Numbered from the stretch's first letter, positions 1-14,400 are shown. The stretch: 64,000 bases of DNA from Neovahlkampfia damariscottae (GCA_016618085.1 JABLTG010000012.1:62001-126000); one strand, 5' to 3'. Notes: a model not told the origin generated them from the sequence alone. Made by a program: numbers and translations.

Positions 1-2011
1 AGCTGTACAAAGTTGACAACGAAAACAACTTTTATGATAAGGTTTTCCAATAGCTATAATTTTTGAACCAGTTCCAATTTCTAAATTACAACTTTCGCAA
101 GTTGGACCAACTTCAGGTACAATAGAAGGTAATTCTTTTTCTTCTGATTTGGATTCTTTTTGTTTAATTGAACATGGTTTACAAATAAGTGAACCATCTT
201 GATTTAAAAAAGGACCTTCAATGATTTGTTTACATTCTTTACAAGCAAAACAATCATCATGATAATAGAAATCACCTGATTCCATAAATGAATCACCTTT
301 TTTGATAATTTCATTACATGAGAAACAATATCGACCAGGTTTTCTTTCAGATGATTTGAATTTATCTTCTATTGATTTTTCTTCTTTTGGTTGGTCAATA
401 TTTATACCGTTATCTTTTAATGATAATAAATGTTGTTTTTTTAATTGTTTAATTTCTTCTTCAACTCTTTCTTTGTATTCATTAAACTCTTTTTGTAATA
501 TTTCATAATCTCTTTTTGATTCTGCTAAATATTTTTTATTTCCAAATTGAGCATCTTTGGAAGTTTCTTTTAATTGGTCTTTTAAATCATCTGCTTCATC
601 TTTTAATTCTTGCATTTCAAATTTCATTTTTTCAATTTCTAATGCATGTTTTTCTTTGTCTTTTTTTCTTGCTGAAACTTCTTTTTCATATTTTCTTTTC
701 CATTGGTCAATAAAATCTTGCCATTTAGAAATGGAATCATCCGTGTCATCATTGGTCGTTTTCTTTTTTCTTGGTTTAATTTCTTCTTCCTCAGATGATG
801 TTTCATCTTCAGATGATGTTTCTTCTTCAGTTGATGATTCTTGTTTTTTAACTGGTTTCTTCTTTGCTACTGGTTTCTTTTTGACTGGAACTTCCTCTTC
901 TGATGAAGTTTCTTCTTCTGAAGATGTTTCCTCTTCTGATTCTTCTTCTTTTCCTTTTGGTATATTTATGAATTTCTTTTGTTTTGAAGCACTTGCTGAT
1001 GAATTGACTGGATTTGTTGGAGTTGGAGTTAAATGTTTTCTTGCGGTCAAAGGACCTTGTTCTGTTTGTGGTTTTTCAACACCAAAAGTGTCATAATAGT
1101 TTTCAATCATAATTTGAACTAATAATTGAACTGATTTTTTATATTTTTTTTTTTCATCTTCTTTTGAGTTCTTGAAGAAGATTGGTCCAAAAACAACAGA
1201 TAAATTTTTTGATGATGATTTGTTTTCTGATGAATATTTAACCATATAAACTAAATATCTTATCACAAATTGCAAAATTTTCATATTTATATTTGGAATT
1301 GTGAGTAACTGTTGATGAAGAGTGCCTACAATATCTTTTTGTGTTAAACACATGATAAACTTTTCAAACATAGCTACTGTTGTAATTGAATCAGGTAACT
1401 CATTAAAATAGGCTTTAATTTTAGTGTTAATTTTTTTTTTTTAATTGTTACTTTTGACAAGACAAGCTGCAATATGAGGATCCATATTTGATGGAAATTC
1501 AATTGATGTATCAGGGTTTGAAAAATCAAATTGTGATTTATATTTGTTGATGTCAACTTTTGCAGCATTCAAACGAAATAAACCAACTGTTTTAAAAGCC
1601 TTTTCAGATTGAAGGAATTTAAAACAAACACTTAACACAATAGGAAGTCCTACTTTTTTTGCTCTTTTTACAGCTTCTTCAATTGACTTTCCAAAAATTT
1701 TTTTTTTCACTAAACCCTCCTTGTAAAATGTTTAAAAAATGAAAATGAAAATGTACAATATAAATTGGAGGATTGAAGAATAATTCTAAGTCTTTTGGAA
1801 CAGTACTTTCTAAATTAGCCACTATTTTGTCTTTAAAACATAACTTTTATGTTAGAAAAAAAAAAAAATAAACTTGAAATTGTAATGGGTCAAGTGTCAG
1901 ACCTTTTTGTTTTTCAATTTCTCTATAAATATCTCCTATGACAGCTGTTTGAAATTCAGATTTATCTGTATCATTAAAATGAACCAGAACTTTTTTTCTT
2001 GCTTTTGACAT
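1..2011 (-). CDS. RhoGAP + acidic/coiled-coil + LIM-domain protein (spliced; 3' end runs off the window)
   Basis: RhoGAP motifs IFGKSIEE..LPIVL..GLFRL and NLSVVFGPIFF; LIM zinc fingers below ~340 (CFSC..HDDCFACKEC..C, CESC..HKSCFRCQLC); intron 1844-1873 is GT-AG, 30 nt. Confidence 0.85.
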
Positions 2012-2150
2012 TGCTGACCAATTAATTGATGTTGTTTTATTTATCCAATCACTTTCAATTTTCGAAAATAAAAACAAAAATGAAAAAATCCACTTGGAAA
2101 CATTTTGACATTTTTTTATAAAATTGAAGTTCTTTTCATTTTTTTTTCCT

Positions 2151-2155
2151 CCAAT
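2151..2155 (+). promoter_or_regulatory. CCAAT box 5 nt upstream of the Nup188 ATG (example of a window-wide motif)
   Basis: CCAATCAGCA-ATG; the motif recurs next to many start codons. Confidence 0.55.
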
Positions 2156-2160
2156 CAGCA

Positions 2161-5100
2161 ATGACTCAAACCACGCAAATTAATGATGAAGAAGTCAAAA
2201 TGAAATATTATACTCAGTCGTATAGTCGTTTGAATGATGCTCTTCTTTCGCCACCAGAAAAATTTCCATGGGTAATAATAAATCAAAACGCTAAATTTCG
2301 TTTTATTTTTAGAAAGAAATATTATTGAATATACGTCCAAAACTAATAGAAGGCTGTGATGGATTAATGAAAACAAAAACTAAATCAAAAATACCACCAA
2401 AACAAAAGTCACTTGTTGAAGATTTGTCCAAAAAAATGGTAAGAAAAAAAAAAACCTGAAAATATAAAAATATAGAAATTATCTGAGGAAGTTTGTTTTG
2501 AAATATTGGAATCTTATATATCAACCCAAACACTAGAAAAAATAGAAAATATTGACAAAGTAATTCAACAAAACTACTTATTCTTTTAGTTGATTGATTT
2601 TTATCAAAATGAAAGGAAATCATTAATTGATTGTATTAAAATACTTTTAAGATATGAATTATCTACCGATAATACTGAAGAAAGTAAACTTATTAATGAA
2701 ACAGTCAGTTGGTTAATTGAGAACAATTTAGAAAAAAAACTTTTTTCATGGCTTCAACAATCACTAACCATGGAAATATCAACAGATTTCAAAGTAAGGT
2801 CTTCTTTAAACACTAAACCAAAAAAAGGATGAAGAAGCTTCAAAATTTGTAGACAACAAACTCAAGGAAATAAGTAATGTTTCTTTTAATTAACCACTTT
2901 TGTATTGATAGGTTCACTTTTAGATTTATCTTTTTTTTTGTTTTATCAAAGAGTACAACCAACAGAAGATTCTTTAATTGATTATTTTGTTGCATTAACA
3001 GAAATTGATTTTGGTTTCAGTTTTAAGAATTTGAGTCAATTATCACCAAATTCATTACCAACAATTCATTTAATTTATTGTTTATCAATTTTATTAATTA
3101 CTGAATTGGTTGATACATTAGAGTAAAAAAAAAAAAAAAAAAAGTTGATTAATTTTTAGTTCTATTTCTGATCAGAATTTATATCAAATAGATGATACAA
3201 TATCTTCAAATTTAACAGAAAAGCATCATGGTATAATTCATGTAATTTGGGCTTCTTTCTTGAATACATTTTCAGATAAAGATGAAATGATTACATCAAT
3301 AGCAGGAACAGGTTTTAAACTCAATGAGTATTGTATTCAATTCTTTCAAAATATATTCAATCGTGAATCATCAGGTAAATTAAACAATCAAAATTTATTC
3401 TTTTTTATTAGATTATCCATTTTTTTCAAATTTTGAATTAAATATTCAAGGATATAAGAGTATTGCTAAATTTGGATTGACTAAAATACTCAATTTATTC
3501 AATATCAAAAAAGTATCATTTTTTATTCTTGATGATATTTTAAATGCATTAGATTCAATTTTATCATCACCTTATGATACATTCAACACTGATTATTCAT
3601 TGGTTAAACAATTTTTAGAATTAGATTTACATAATCATCCTTGGAATACATTATATCATTATTTGAAAGATTTATTCCCTTTAAAACCAACTTTTTTAAA
3701 AATCTTATGTTTAATGTCATTTGATAATGATTCATCTGAATATGTGTAAAATAAAATCAAAAATAATTAATCTTTTAAAAGAATGAAATTATTTGAAAAT
3801 CAAACAAGTTTTTCAATTGGTATTGATAAAAAAGAAAAAAAAGATTTTTCAAATTATTTTATTGAAGATAAACCAAATAGATTTACAGTTAAAAAAACAT
3901 TTTTTAGTCAAGGAGTAAATTCAACAATACCAAAAGGAACACGTTGTGTTGTTATAAACCCTGATAATTTAGAGATTGCATTTGATCATAAAATATCAGG
4001 ATGGACAACTATCTTTAATCAAATTTATAATTTTTTTAGTGGTAGAATTGAATTCACAGGAGATAAATTAGAATCTATTTATTTATATCTCAGACTTATA
4101 AGTAAAGTAATTCATCAAAAAACGATTGAATTTCTTGATGAAATTGTTGAATTAATTATGTTTCAAAAAAGTTCAGGTCAACAAAATTATGGACAAAATA
4201 TTTTATCATTCATGGAATTTGTTTTATCAAATCTTCCAAATGATATTCCAAGTAAATTGTTTAAAAAAAAAGTTTAATCTTTTTTAAAAGTGAATATTAT
4301 ACATATGGCCATTGAAATTTTAGTTTCTTGTGCTAAAGTTGTTCCAAAAGAAACAGCATCAAAGATTTTATCCATGACTAAGAAGTAAGTTATTCATTTA
4401 ATTAATTTCTCAACAAGATATCAATTTATACAAATAATAAGAAGAGAATGTTCAATTGGAACTTATCATTCAACTATTTCATTCATTAATTTAATATTAA
4501 CACTTTCATCAAATCATCCTTCTCCAATGAATAATGTTTATGAATTAATACCATTCATTTGTTCAAATATTTTTTCAGTTCATGATTCTTGGAGATATCA
4601 TAGAGTTGAACATAAATCATTAATTTCATTGAAATGTTTGAAAATATTCTCAAAAACTATTACTGATTCTTTTCTACAAGATCAACATTCAGGGTATGTT
4701 TATTAATTTTTTTAAAAAATTCAAAAGTGGTATATTTTTACTTCATTCTTTTTTGAATGATAGTAGTTTATTTCAAATATTATTTTCAATCATTGCTAAT
4801 GGTCCAGAAACATTAGAAGTAAAATTGTTAACTATTTACTTACTTTTTAAGAATTTAACTAAAAATGATAAAAATCAAGAAGCATTTACATTTCAAGAAT
4901 TGGTTAAAGAAGCTTTAAGTTTATTGGAAACGATTATTAAGTATAGAATTTCAAAAAAGACTAATCAGTCAACACCATTTGAAAAAACATTATTATCAAG
5001 ATTGGTCAATTATAAACCACTCTTAACTGTCATTTTTGAATTAATTGATCATAGTTTATTATATAGTTCAAGAATAATTGCAACAAAAGTTATAACTTCA

Positions 5101-7598
5101 GTTGCTCGTTTAACAGAACAATATCATCCACGTCCACCTTCAATTGTTGGTTTTTTAGGCTCTGAAGCATCTAAATTAGTCAAAAAATGTTTATTTCGCT
5201 TACAAAGATTTGAAAGTGAAGAATTAAGAGTTTCCATTTTAGATTTAATCTCAACAACTGTTGAAATTCAAAGAGGTTTATCTGAATTATTTTTAAATTT
5301 GAGTCCAAGTTCAAAAACAACTTCTCCAACTGGTGATAAATTACCTGAAAAAGGATGTGTTGAAACAATTTTAACAATTTTATCAGAACCAAAGTATACA
5401 ATCGAAAATTACATTGATTTTTTTTTTTAGGGGAAATTCAAAAGTCATTTTAAGTTCATTGAATGTTTTACAATGTATTTTTGAAAGAGGAGAACATAAA
5501 CAAATTACAGATATTTTAAGAAATGATGGTAAATTTTGGGAAATTATTTTGAAAACATTAATCAATAAGAATCCAGAAATTCAATCTATAATGTAAAAAT
5601 GTTATATCATTTTTTAATATATCTCATAGTTTGAATATTCTCTCCATTGAATTATTCTATTCAAAAAAAGAAAAACAAACAAAAGGAAAATTACAATTAT
5701 TATTAGAAAAGAATGCAAAAATTATACCTAAAATCTTAGATGTGACAATTCAAAATATTTTACATGAAATTAAAACTGAAAGAATTTTACTTGTTAACAT
5801 AGAAAAATCAACAAATCAATTGAATGAAAAAGGATATAAATTTAATTTAGATAGATACATTGTTGATTCATCAAATTTTCAATCCAAAGATAAATTATAT
5901 GATGTTGCTAAAATGAAAAGATGGGAAGGTTCTGAATGTTTAGATATTCTTAAAAACTGTCATGCTTTAAATTTAAATTTGAAATTGACATCTTCACATT
6001 TGACACTTTTGAATTCCATTTTTTCATTATTAAGTATTTCGATTGATACTATTTCAGTAAGAAAATCAAATTATTTTTATATACACCTATTCAAGCAACA
6101 ATCACCTTCCATTTTGAAGATTTTAATGAAATTTTTTGTTATTGAATCACAACAACATACACCAATTATTTTAGAAAAGATTTTATCACAAGTTCATTTA
6201 TCAACATCTAAAATACTAGTACTTGTTGTTAAATCAATGAAAGAGTTTGAATCTAATATAATTAATGATTTGAAAATATCATTGAATATTCAAATTCAAA
6301 GAAATAATGTTGAAGTAACTAAGAATTTATTATTATCTATTTTATTAATTTGTCCAAATGAAAATTTAAAAAATATTTCAGTGATTATGAAAACATTAAA
6401 AACATTTAAAGATGAAAATGAATGTGTTTCACTTTGTTTAACAATTTTACAAAGATATCCTTATTTAACAGATATTGATATTTCATATTTATATAATGAA
6501 AGATTTCTTGAATATCTTAAAATTCGAAATTATAATTTAATGAATCATTTATTATTAGTATTTTTATCAATTTCATTAATAGATAATGATGGTTGTCAAT
6601 CAATATTATCAATTGGTCTTTTATCAAAATTATCAAATATTAATTGGTTATCTCAAGGAGAGAATGAAGAAAAGAATTTAATTTATCATGAAAAAGAACA
6701 TTCAAAATGGCACGAAACATGGAAAATTTCATTAAAATTAATAACTAATATTTTGGTTAATACAAAAAAAAGAAAAGAGAATGCTATTGAATTGGTTAAA
6801 GATTTTTGTGTTTCTCATCAACAAAGAGTATTTTTTGTTGTTAAGAATTTTGAATCATCTTTGAAAACTGTTGAATCAATTGAAGAATTTTCATTAATAA
6901 CATCATTACTTTTAACACTTTCTAGGAATAAATTTGAATCAAATAATGTTATCCAATCAACTGTTGATACTTTAATGAATTTAATTAATAATAATTTGAA
7001 CATTTATGATTCGTCAAAAGTTTTACCAATTACAATTCAAGAAAGAAAATTATTTGAAAAATCAAAAAATTTAAAAAATGGAGAATCATGGGAAATTAAA
7101 ATTGATACTTTATTGTAAGAAATATTGATTAAAACTTAAAATAGTTATCAAATTTTGAGAAATTTATTGGCCATTATTCGTTGTTACACAGAAATTCCAT
7201 CAATTTCTGGAATTGAAAAAAAGAATTATACAAGAAGTATTTTAAATTCAAATGAAGAAATTCATCAAATTTTTAATGGATTAACTCAATCAATGGAGAT
7301 GTTAAAAAGAGTATCAAATTTATCAAAAGATTTAAAAGAGAATCCATTGGAAATTAATGGATTACATATTTTATTTTTAACAATTCGTGGATGTATTGAA
7401 GAATCTATAATGATCATTTTGACTCATTTTATGATTTTTTCAAAAATTTTTAAAGTCAATGTGATTGAGGAATTGAATGTTGAAATTCATCAAATTATTG
7501 ACAGAGTTTTAGATTTATTAATGAAACAAAAGGATATTTTTAAAGGTGAATTGGATGATATTATTGAATTTCTTAAAGAAAATAAACTTTATTTTTAA
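2161..7598 (+). CDS. NUP188: Nucleoporin Nup188-like, multi-exon
   Basis: Exons join into one long helical protein. LRVSILDLISTTVEIQRGLSELFLNL, IPKGTRC..ISGW and FYQNERKSL resemble Nup188 motifs. Confidence 0.75.
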
Positions 7599-7641
7599 TT
7601 TTCCGATCCAATCAAATTGTTTTTCATCTTCATAAATTTTA

Positions 7642-7978
7642 ATGAACAATAATTTAGAGTCAGAATTTTTTTTTATTCTAAACTTGATTCAAGATATGAA
7701 GTAACAGCTAAATTGCTTTTCAAGTATTTCATTTTTTTTTTAACATGAAAAAAATTAGAATGACTAAAAGTTGTTTGAAAAAATGTGTCAATGAATCAGA
7801 AACTTTTTTGGAAGGTAATTCTAATAATAAACTAAAATGATGCATAGGTGAAGAATTGACGGAAGAGAATAGTAAAAAAAAAAATTACTAATCACAAAAA
7901 GATGACTGCACAGAAAGTTGTACAATTAAATATTTGAAAGCTCAGAATGAAGTTTTAAAAAAATTTACAGGTCAATAA
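7642..7978 (+). CDS. Mitochondrial small Tim (Tim9/Tim10-like, twin CX3C), 5 exons, absent from the ORF track
   Basis: Spliced product MNNNLEYEVTAKLLFKMTKSCLKKCVNESETFLEGEELTEENNDCTESCTIKYLKAQNEVLKKFTGQ; four GT-AG introns. Confidence 0.8.
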
Positions 7979-7983
7979 AAAAT

Positions 7984-9648
7984 TTAAACTCTTTTTATAA
8001 TGTGATATTTTTTTTTTCCACTTCTCAAAACAACAAATTGATCATTGATAAAATCATTCATTGTTAATGAAAATTTCTCAGATTCAATTTTATTATTATT
8101 AACATAAAACCCACCTTCTTTAATTAACTTTGTTACTTGATCTAAAAAAAATGAATAAATTTGATACAAATGATACTTGAAGATTTGAACATTTTTGCTT
8201 CTCTTGCAATTGTTGAAATTGGAGAAGAAAATAGAATTGAATCAGATAAAGTTGAACAAGGTGCATCTTTGAATAACATTTCAATGTCTTTTGATTCTAA
8301 TTTATCAAAAGATTCATTTCCGAAAAGAATTTCAGATGAGAATTTTGCTTTTTCTAATCCTACAATTCCATGAATTTCCTTTGTGATTTCTGATGCTAAT
8401 TTTATTTGAGCAACTTTTTTTTCTGGATATTTTTCATGTTCATTCATAATTTCTCCAATATCATCTTTCAGCAAATCTGTAAAAATGAACAATAATTTTT
8501 CGACATCTTCATCTTTTGAACGAACAAAGAACTTGAAAAATATGTTTAATGATTCAAATTCAAACTTGATAGAAATCAAAATAACTAGTTTTTTCACTAT
8601 TTAACCAAATCTTGAAATTTAATTTTTTTCAATCCTTACTGCATTACCCTCTGAAAATTTAAATGATGAATTTTTTAAATACCTGATTTTCCAAACTTTT
8701 TACCATCTAAATAATGTTAATAAATGCTTTTTTAACCTGATGTAGTCAATAAAGGTATCGTAATTCCACTTTGAAAAAAAATTTAAATTTTCGAAATGAA
8801 TGAATTACCCTGAAACTAAATCAGATAATTCCTCTTTTTTATGTATAAATTCCATACCAGAAATAATATTTCCCTTACATTTTTAATTCAAATTTTTTAA
8901 ATTACCCATTGATCACTTCCACCAATTTGAACTTTCACATTGTGATTTTTGTATAAATGAAAAAAGTCAAAAGATTGAAATATTGGATAAGAAAATTCAG
9001 TAAAAGTCATTCCATCAGATTGCAATCTCGTTTTAATTGATTCTAAACCCAATAACTTGTTAACATTAAAATATTTTCCATTTTCTCTCAATAAATCAAT
9101 TACATTCATATTTCTCAACCAATCTTAACTTTTAATTATCTCAATTAATTACCTGAATTGTTCAAAATTTGAACATTATTGTTGAAATATTTTTGAATTT
9201 CAGTCTGAATTGAATGTACATTTTCATTTAAAATTTCTTCGCTCATCAATGGACGAGTAGTATTTTTACCTGAAGGATCTCCTATTAACCCAGTTGAACC
9301 ACCTTTTTTAAAAAAATAATTAAAATTCTTTTCTACTTTGACTTACCAATTAATGCAAAAATGTTAAAATTTTGTTTTTGAAATAATTTTAAAGTTTGAA
9401 GGATTATTAAATTACCAACATGAAGACCATTAGCAGTAGGATCAAAACTAAAAATATTTTTCGTTAACTTTTTTGTCCAAAAACCCTGCATATATTCCAA
9501 CGTTTGATTGTTGATTTAAAATTGATTCAATATGGTTTGTTGAAGCATAATATAATTTTCTTTCTTTCAATTTATCAATTATACCAGTTGAATAGGAGTA
9601 TTTTTTTGTTGAACTGGTAATTTTTGTGATGTGAACAATTCTCTTCAT
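7984..9648 (-). CDS. YARS2: Mitochondrial (bacterial-type) tyrosyl-tRNA synthetase with C-terminal S4 domain
   Basis: YAGFDPTANGLHVGN, GLIGDPSG, QIGGSDQWGNI, KFGKS, VLRSGKKKY; basic N-terminal presequence. Confidence 0.95.
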
Positions 9649-9787
9649 TATTAACCAATCAATTTTGAAGAAAATTCAAATGTTCAAATGTCTGAAGATT
9701 TTTAATTACAGTGATATTATTTCACATGATTCATTTCGAATTTGAATTCATAAAATAATTGACCTATCACGTTCTTACACTTTGTTC

Positions 9788-10150
9788 ATGGTGAGAGTAT
9801 ACAAGTCAACAGAAGGTTCAAAAATTCAAGTTGGAGAAAATGCAAAAGAAAATGATTTAATTAGAAAAGGATCAAGTCAAAAAGATTTGTGGTTTCATTT
9901 AGAAAATGACTCAAGTCCTCATGTAATTTTATCTGTTCAAAAATCAGCATCAAAACAAGAAATATATGAATGTAGTCAACTTGTTAAACATTATAGTAAA
10001 TTGAAAAACATGGAAAAAGCAGTAGTCATTTATTTAGAATGCAAGAAAGTGAAAAAAGGTGAAAAAGATGGAGAAGTTGAATTAAAATCGAGACCTGAAA
10101 AAATGGTGGTCTACTCTGATGAAAATTGCCTTGCTAAGTTGTTAAAATGA
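9788..10150 (+). CDS. Stand-alone NFACT-R (DUF814) RNA-binding domain protein
   Basis: IQVGENAKENDLI..DLWFHLENDSSPHVIL..CSQLVK..SK; intronless. Confidence 0.85.
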   Translation: MVRVYKSTEGSKIQVGENAKENDLIRKGSSQKDLWFHLENDSSPHVILSVQKSASKQEIYECSQLVKHYSKLKNMEKAVVIYLECKKVKKGEKDGEVELKSRPEKMVVYSDENCLAKLLK

Positions 10151-10388
10151 GAAAAAAAAATAATTTAGTTGTTGATGCAGGGGAATATCTGATTGGTGGA
10201 ATATAAATTAAGAAATAAATATACCCCAAATCGGAGAATTTTTGCTCAAAATGTAACTTTCACTTTCAAGAAAGAGCGGTTATTTTCCCAATTTATTTAC
10301 CAAAAAAACTGTTGAAAACCTGACCGCGAAGGTGTCCAAGCCGATCAACTTTTAACTGTCACACGACCAATCAACACACGAACATTAG

Positions 10389-11212
10389 ATGGAAAACAAC
10401 GAGAGGATGAAGAAATCAATCCCATTTGTAAGAATAAATCCAGTACCAAAAACAAATGAACAACCAGAGGAGAGTTTGTTGGACAAGAAAAAACTCAAAT
10501 TTGAAGATCTAAATCGTTCAACAAGAAAGAAATCAAATTCGTTACAATTACAAAAAAAAACTAAATTATCTGATGTTCTCAACAATTCAGAACTAAAAAA
10601 ACTCTTCGAAAATCATTGTGCTAAAGAATAGTAAGTTTTTGATTTCAATATATCTGACAATTCAAGTTCGTTAGAAAATTTGAAATTTTTGGCACAAGTT
10701 GACAATTATAAATTATTATCGAATAAAACTGAACGATATGCGAAATTAGAAGAAATATTTCAACTTTTTCTTTCAGAAAAATCCCCAAATCAAGTTAATA
10801 TTCACAAGTTTGTTTTTAACACAAAATTTAACACTTTTCTTTTTTTAGAGGACCTGTGGTAAGAATAGAAGATTTATTGATGAAAAAGAATCTTAATGAC
10901 ATAACAATAGATGTATTTGACGGTATTGTCACTGATATTCATGAACTATTGAATGACAGCTTGTCAAGATTTAAAGAAACAAAAGAATTTAAAAACTATG
11001 GACAAGGAGGAAAATCAAGGTCCACATTTAATTCACCAAGAGGAAACTCCTCAGATTCAAGTGAAAAATCATCCAAATTGGATAAAAGTCAATGCTCTTC
11101 AATTTCTTCAAATCTTTCATCACCAATTTCATCAGTTGGAAGTATTCATAGCGTTTTGGAACTTGATCTAAGTCTCAGAGAATCTAAAACACCTGTTGAT
11201 TCACCATTGTAA
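10389..11212 (+). CDS. RGS-domain protein (spliced)
   Basis: LSDVLNN..FENHCAKEYSLENLKFL..IFQLFLSEKSPNQVNI..DSLSRF. Confidence 0.85.
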
Positions 11213-11280
11213 AATAAATTTTTTTTTTCATTCGAATTCGAAAAAAAAACAAGGAAGTGTTTGGTCAAAAAAAAGTTTAT

Positions 11281-12689
11281 CTAATAAACGAGAGCAAAGA
11301 TGACCATAATGAAGATTGAAGCAAATGAAATAATAACTGAGTTTGCAGCAGCAACAATTGGCACAATAACTCTAGCTTGACCATCAGTACCATCACCGAA
11401 TTTTTGTGCTCTTTTTACGTCTGATGACCAGAAACGAATAACTTCATCACTACTTGGAACTGTATCTTTTGAGTTATAAGCTACATATGCATATGAACCA
11501 ACATGACAAAGTGCTGAACCACAAGCTGATAATGATCTAACAGGTCTTGTGAGGTCTGATTGATCTTCTCCATAATTAACCCATGTAGCAGTTGTTGAAG
11601 GACTATTAACAGCTCTCATTCTTTTGAGACCATCAGTTTCAGCAGATGTACCAATAACTAATCTACTGTTAACAGTAACATAGTCAACTTGATAAACTGT
11701 TGAAGTAACATCAGTTTTAGCAACTTTTGAGAATGTTTCTTGTTTATAATCAAATTCACAAATGTTTTTGCATCCAGTTGATGAGTGAGTATATGAACCT
11801 CCAAGATAAATTACATCAGTATCAAAGAGAATTCCAGTTTTGTAATACATATCATAAATAACAGCACTTGAATCAAATCCAGCAGCAGTTGTTGTTTTTG
11901 AGAAACCCCATGTTTTAGCTGTTTTATCCCATCTGTTGAATGAATTGTTGAAATTTCCAGCAACCCATAAATATCTCAAAGGAGTTTGGAAAACACCAAA
12001 ACCTTTTTTATAAATAGCATAAACTGATGCTCCTGTTGTTCCAGATCTATGTCTATCTAAGCCGTTATTTGGTCCACCAAGTGCTTCATATTCTTTATTA
12101 TTGTAATCATATTTAATTACATTTGTAGCTGTTTGATCACCTGCTGCGTTTTTAAAAGTAGCTGAGAATTTTCCTCCAAGATAGACGTCACATGGACAAT
12201 CTGTGCTTGTTGGACTATTTGCACAATCAACTGAAATTGAGTAAACAACTCTACTGCCTGTATAGTTTGGAAGTGTTACTGTTGTACTTCCATGAACTGG
12301 TGTCCATTTTTTTGTTTTTAAATCATATTTAGCAGCTGGACCTGTAGTAACACCGTCAACTGTTGTGAATGAACCTCCAATATAAATATTTAAACACTTA
12401 AAGATTTTGTTAAAAAAAAAATTATTTTTCTTACTGAATCAACTTTCACTGTTTCAACAACACCATTTGTACCTGTTCCAGCAACTGCTGACCAGAGTCC
12501 ATCTTTACCGTTGAAGCTAGCAAGATTTTTTGCTGCGACGTTGTAATATGTTTTTGTTGTAAGATTGTATTGTTTAACATTGTTGAAACTACCTCCAACG
12601 TAATAATTTCTTGAGATAACACTAATTGGTGATTGAGCAAAAGCAAATGAAAATAAAGCAATTAAAGTGAGGACTTGAATAACTTGCAT
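11281..12689 (-). CDS. Secreted, probably GPI-anchored beta-propeller protein with Rax2-like YVGGSF repeats
   Basis: Signal peptide MQVIQVLTLIALFSFAFAQ; repeats YVGGSF/YIGGSF/YLGGKF/WVAGNF/YLGGSY; hydrophobic C-terminus; one intron. Confidence 0.7.
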
Positions 12690-12889
12690 TTTGATACCGT
12701 TGACTGACGCCGATGAATCCTGATTGGTCAAATTCAATCAAATTTATTGGATAATTCTTTGTCGGCTAACCCAATTGATTGGACAATAAAACTCCACCAA
12801 TGAATACATAGAGAACTTTTCAACGTGCTTTCAAAATACTTCAATAATCCATTCTGAGATTGAATTGAACAAAATAAAAATCAAAAAGT

Positions 12890-14400
12890 TTAATCTTTTG
12901 GAATTTTTTTTGGAAAATCTAAAGTATACTGATCATTTTGATAATAAATATGAATAACAGGAGTATAACTTTGACCTTTTGAGAGAGTAGCTGTAATTCC
13001 AGCAGGAGAACCATTTCTATAAAATGTAAGTTTCAACTTTTTAAAATCTAATTTAACACCTAATCTATCACCTTGTGAAGCATAAATATCAGATCCTTGA
13101 CAATTATATTTTCCACCTGAACCTCCACAACAAATATCATTGGAATAATATGAAGTTTGTTTATCTTTAGTAACACCAAAATAACATCCATCTAAACCTT
13201 GTGTTTTATCAACTTTAATTTCCCAATAATGAATTCCACTCTTTAATGTTTGACTTCCAAATACAAAACAGTTAGTCCAATCTGAATAAGCCAATTTTTT
13301 GAAACTCATCTTTTTTGATTTATCAACGTATTCAAATTGTTTCATTTGTTCAGTACGATCAAATGACCAGTGAAAATGACTATACAGTTAATTTTTTTTT
13401 TTTTGTACCTTCCTTCACCTGAACGTTCTTTATATTGAAGACCATTTGGTGTAATATGTTCAGGTGCATTAACAAATTCTAAAGCAGCAATATATAAATC
13501 TTCAGGAGCAACTTTACATGGTTTAACAACGTTTACAAGATCAGGACCTGACATTAAAGGATAACGAATATAAGGAACTAAATTTTGAACAATTTCTGTT
13601 AAAGGTGTAGTACAATTTAAATCTCTTCTTCTATAATTACCCCATCTAAAAAAAAAAAAAAAAAATTAATTTTTTGTTAAGAGGTTTGTTACCTTATTAT
13701 AGCTTTAAATAAATCAATTTCTTCAACATTTAAGTTATTTGATTGAACCATTTCTAAAACAGTACGTTCTTCAAATAAAAAGAATTGAGGTGTTTTTATA
13801 ACATCAGAAGTATTCTTTTCAATAAATTTCAAACATTTTGAAATGAGTTCATCACAATTAAAACGATATTTACCATCTTGTGCTTCTAAAAGCATTTGAA
13901 TAACAGAATCTTTGTTTATGTTTTTAACAAGAAATTCAAAACAACCCCTTCTTAAATTATCAACGTTGTATTGATCAGCTACAGGTAAAAGTTGCATAAC
14001 AATTTCTTTTGTAATTAAAATATTTCCAGTATAAAGGTATTCAATAAATAATACGAAAATGTCATATGATATATTTGGAATTTTGATTTCTTTCATTTTT
14101 GTTTCTTTGAAACCCATAAAAAATAAACCTCTAAAAAATGGACTTTAAAATTTAAAAAATGAAAGAATAAAAAGGTTACCATCTTGCAGCTAATATAATT
14201 TTATGTGCATGACAAGGTTTGAGTTCTTCTTTTTTTGAAATATCTCCAACTAGAAAAGTAACGTCACAAGAGTCTTTATCATTGAAAAGTGGTTTTAAAT
14301 CATCAACAAGATTTTGTTCTTGTTCTTCTTTTATTTTCTTTTCTTTTGCGAGTCTTTCTTCTTCATCTTCCAACTCAACACTGTTCTCGTCTTTGGTCAT
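12890..14400 (-). CDS. BTB-BACK-SPRY protein
   Basis: SCDVTFLVG..AHKIILAAR (BTB); LNVEEIDLFKAIIRW..IRYPLM (BACK); GIHYWEIKV..GDRLGVKLD (SPRY). Confidence 0.9.

Noticed and set aside
557..1096. 179-aa Ser/Phe-rich + strand ORF
   Set aside because: Antisense shadow of the Lys/Glu-rich region of the RhoGAP-LIM gene
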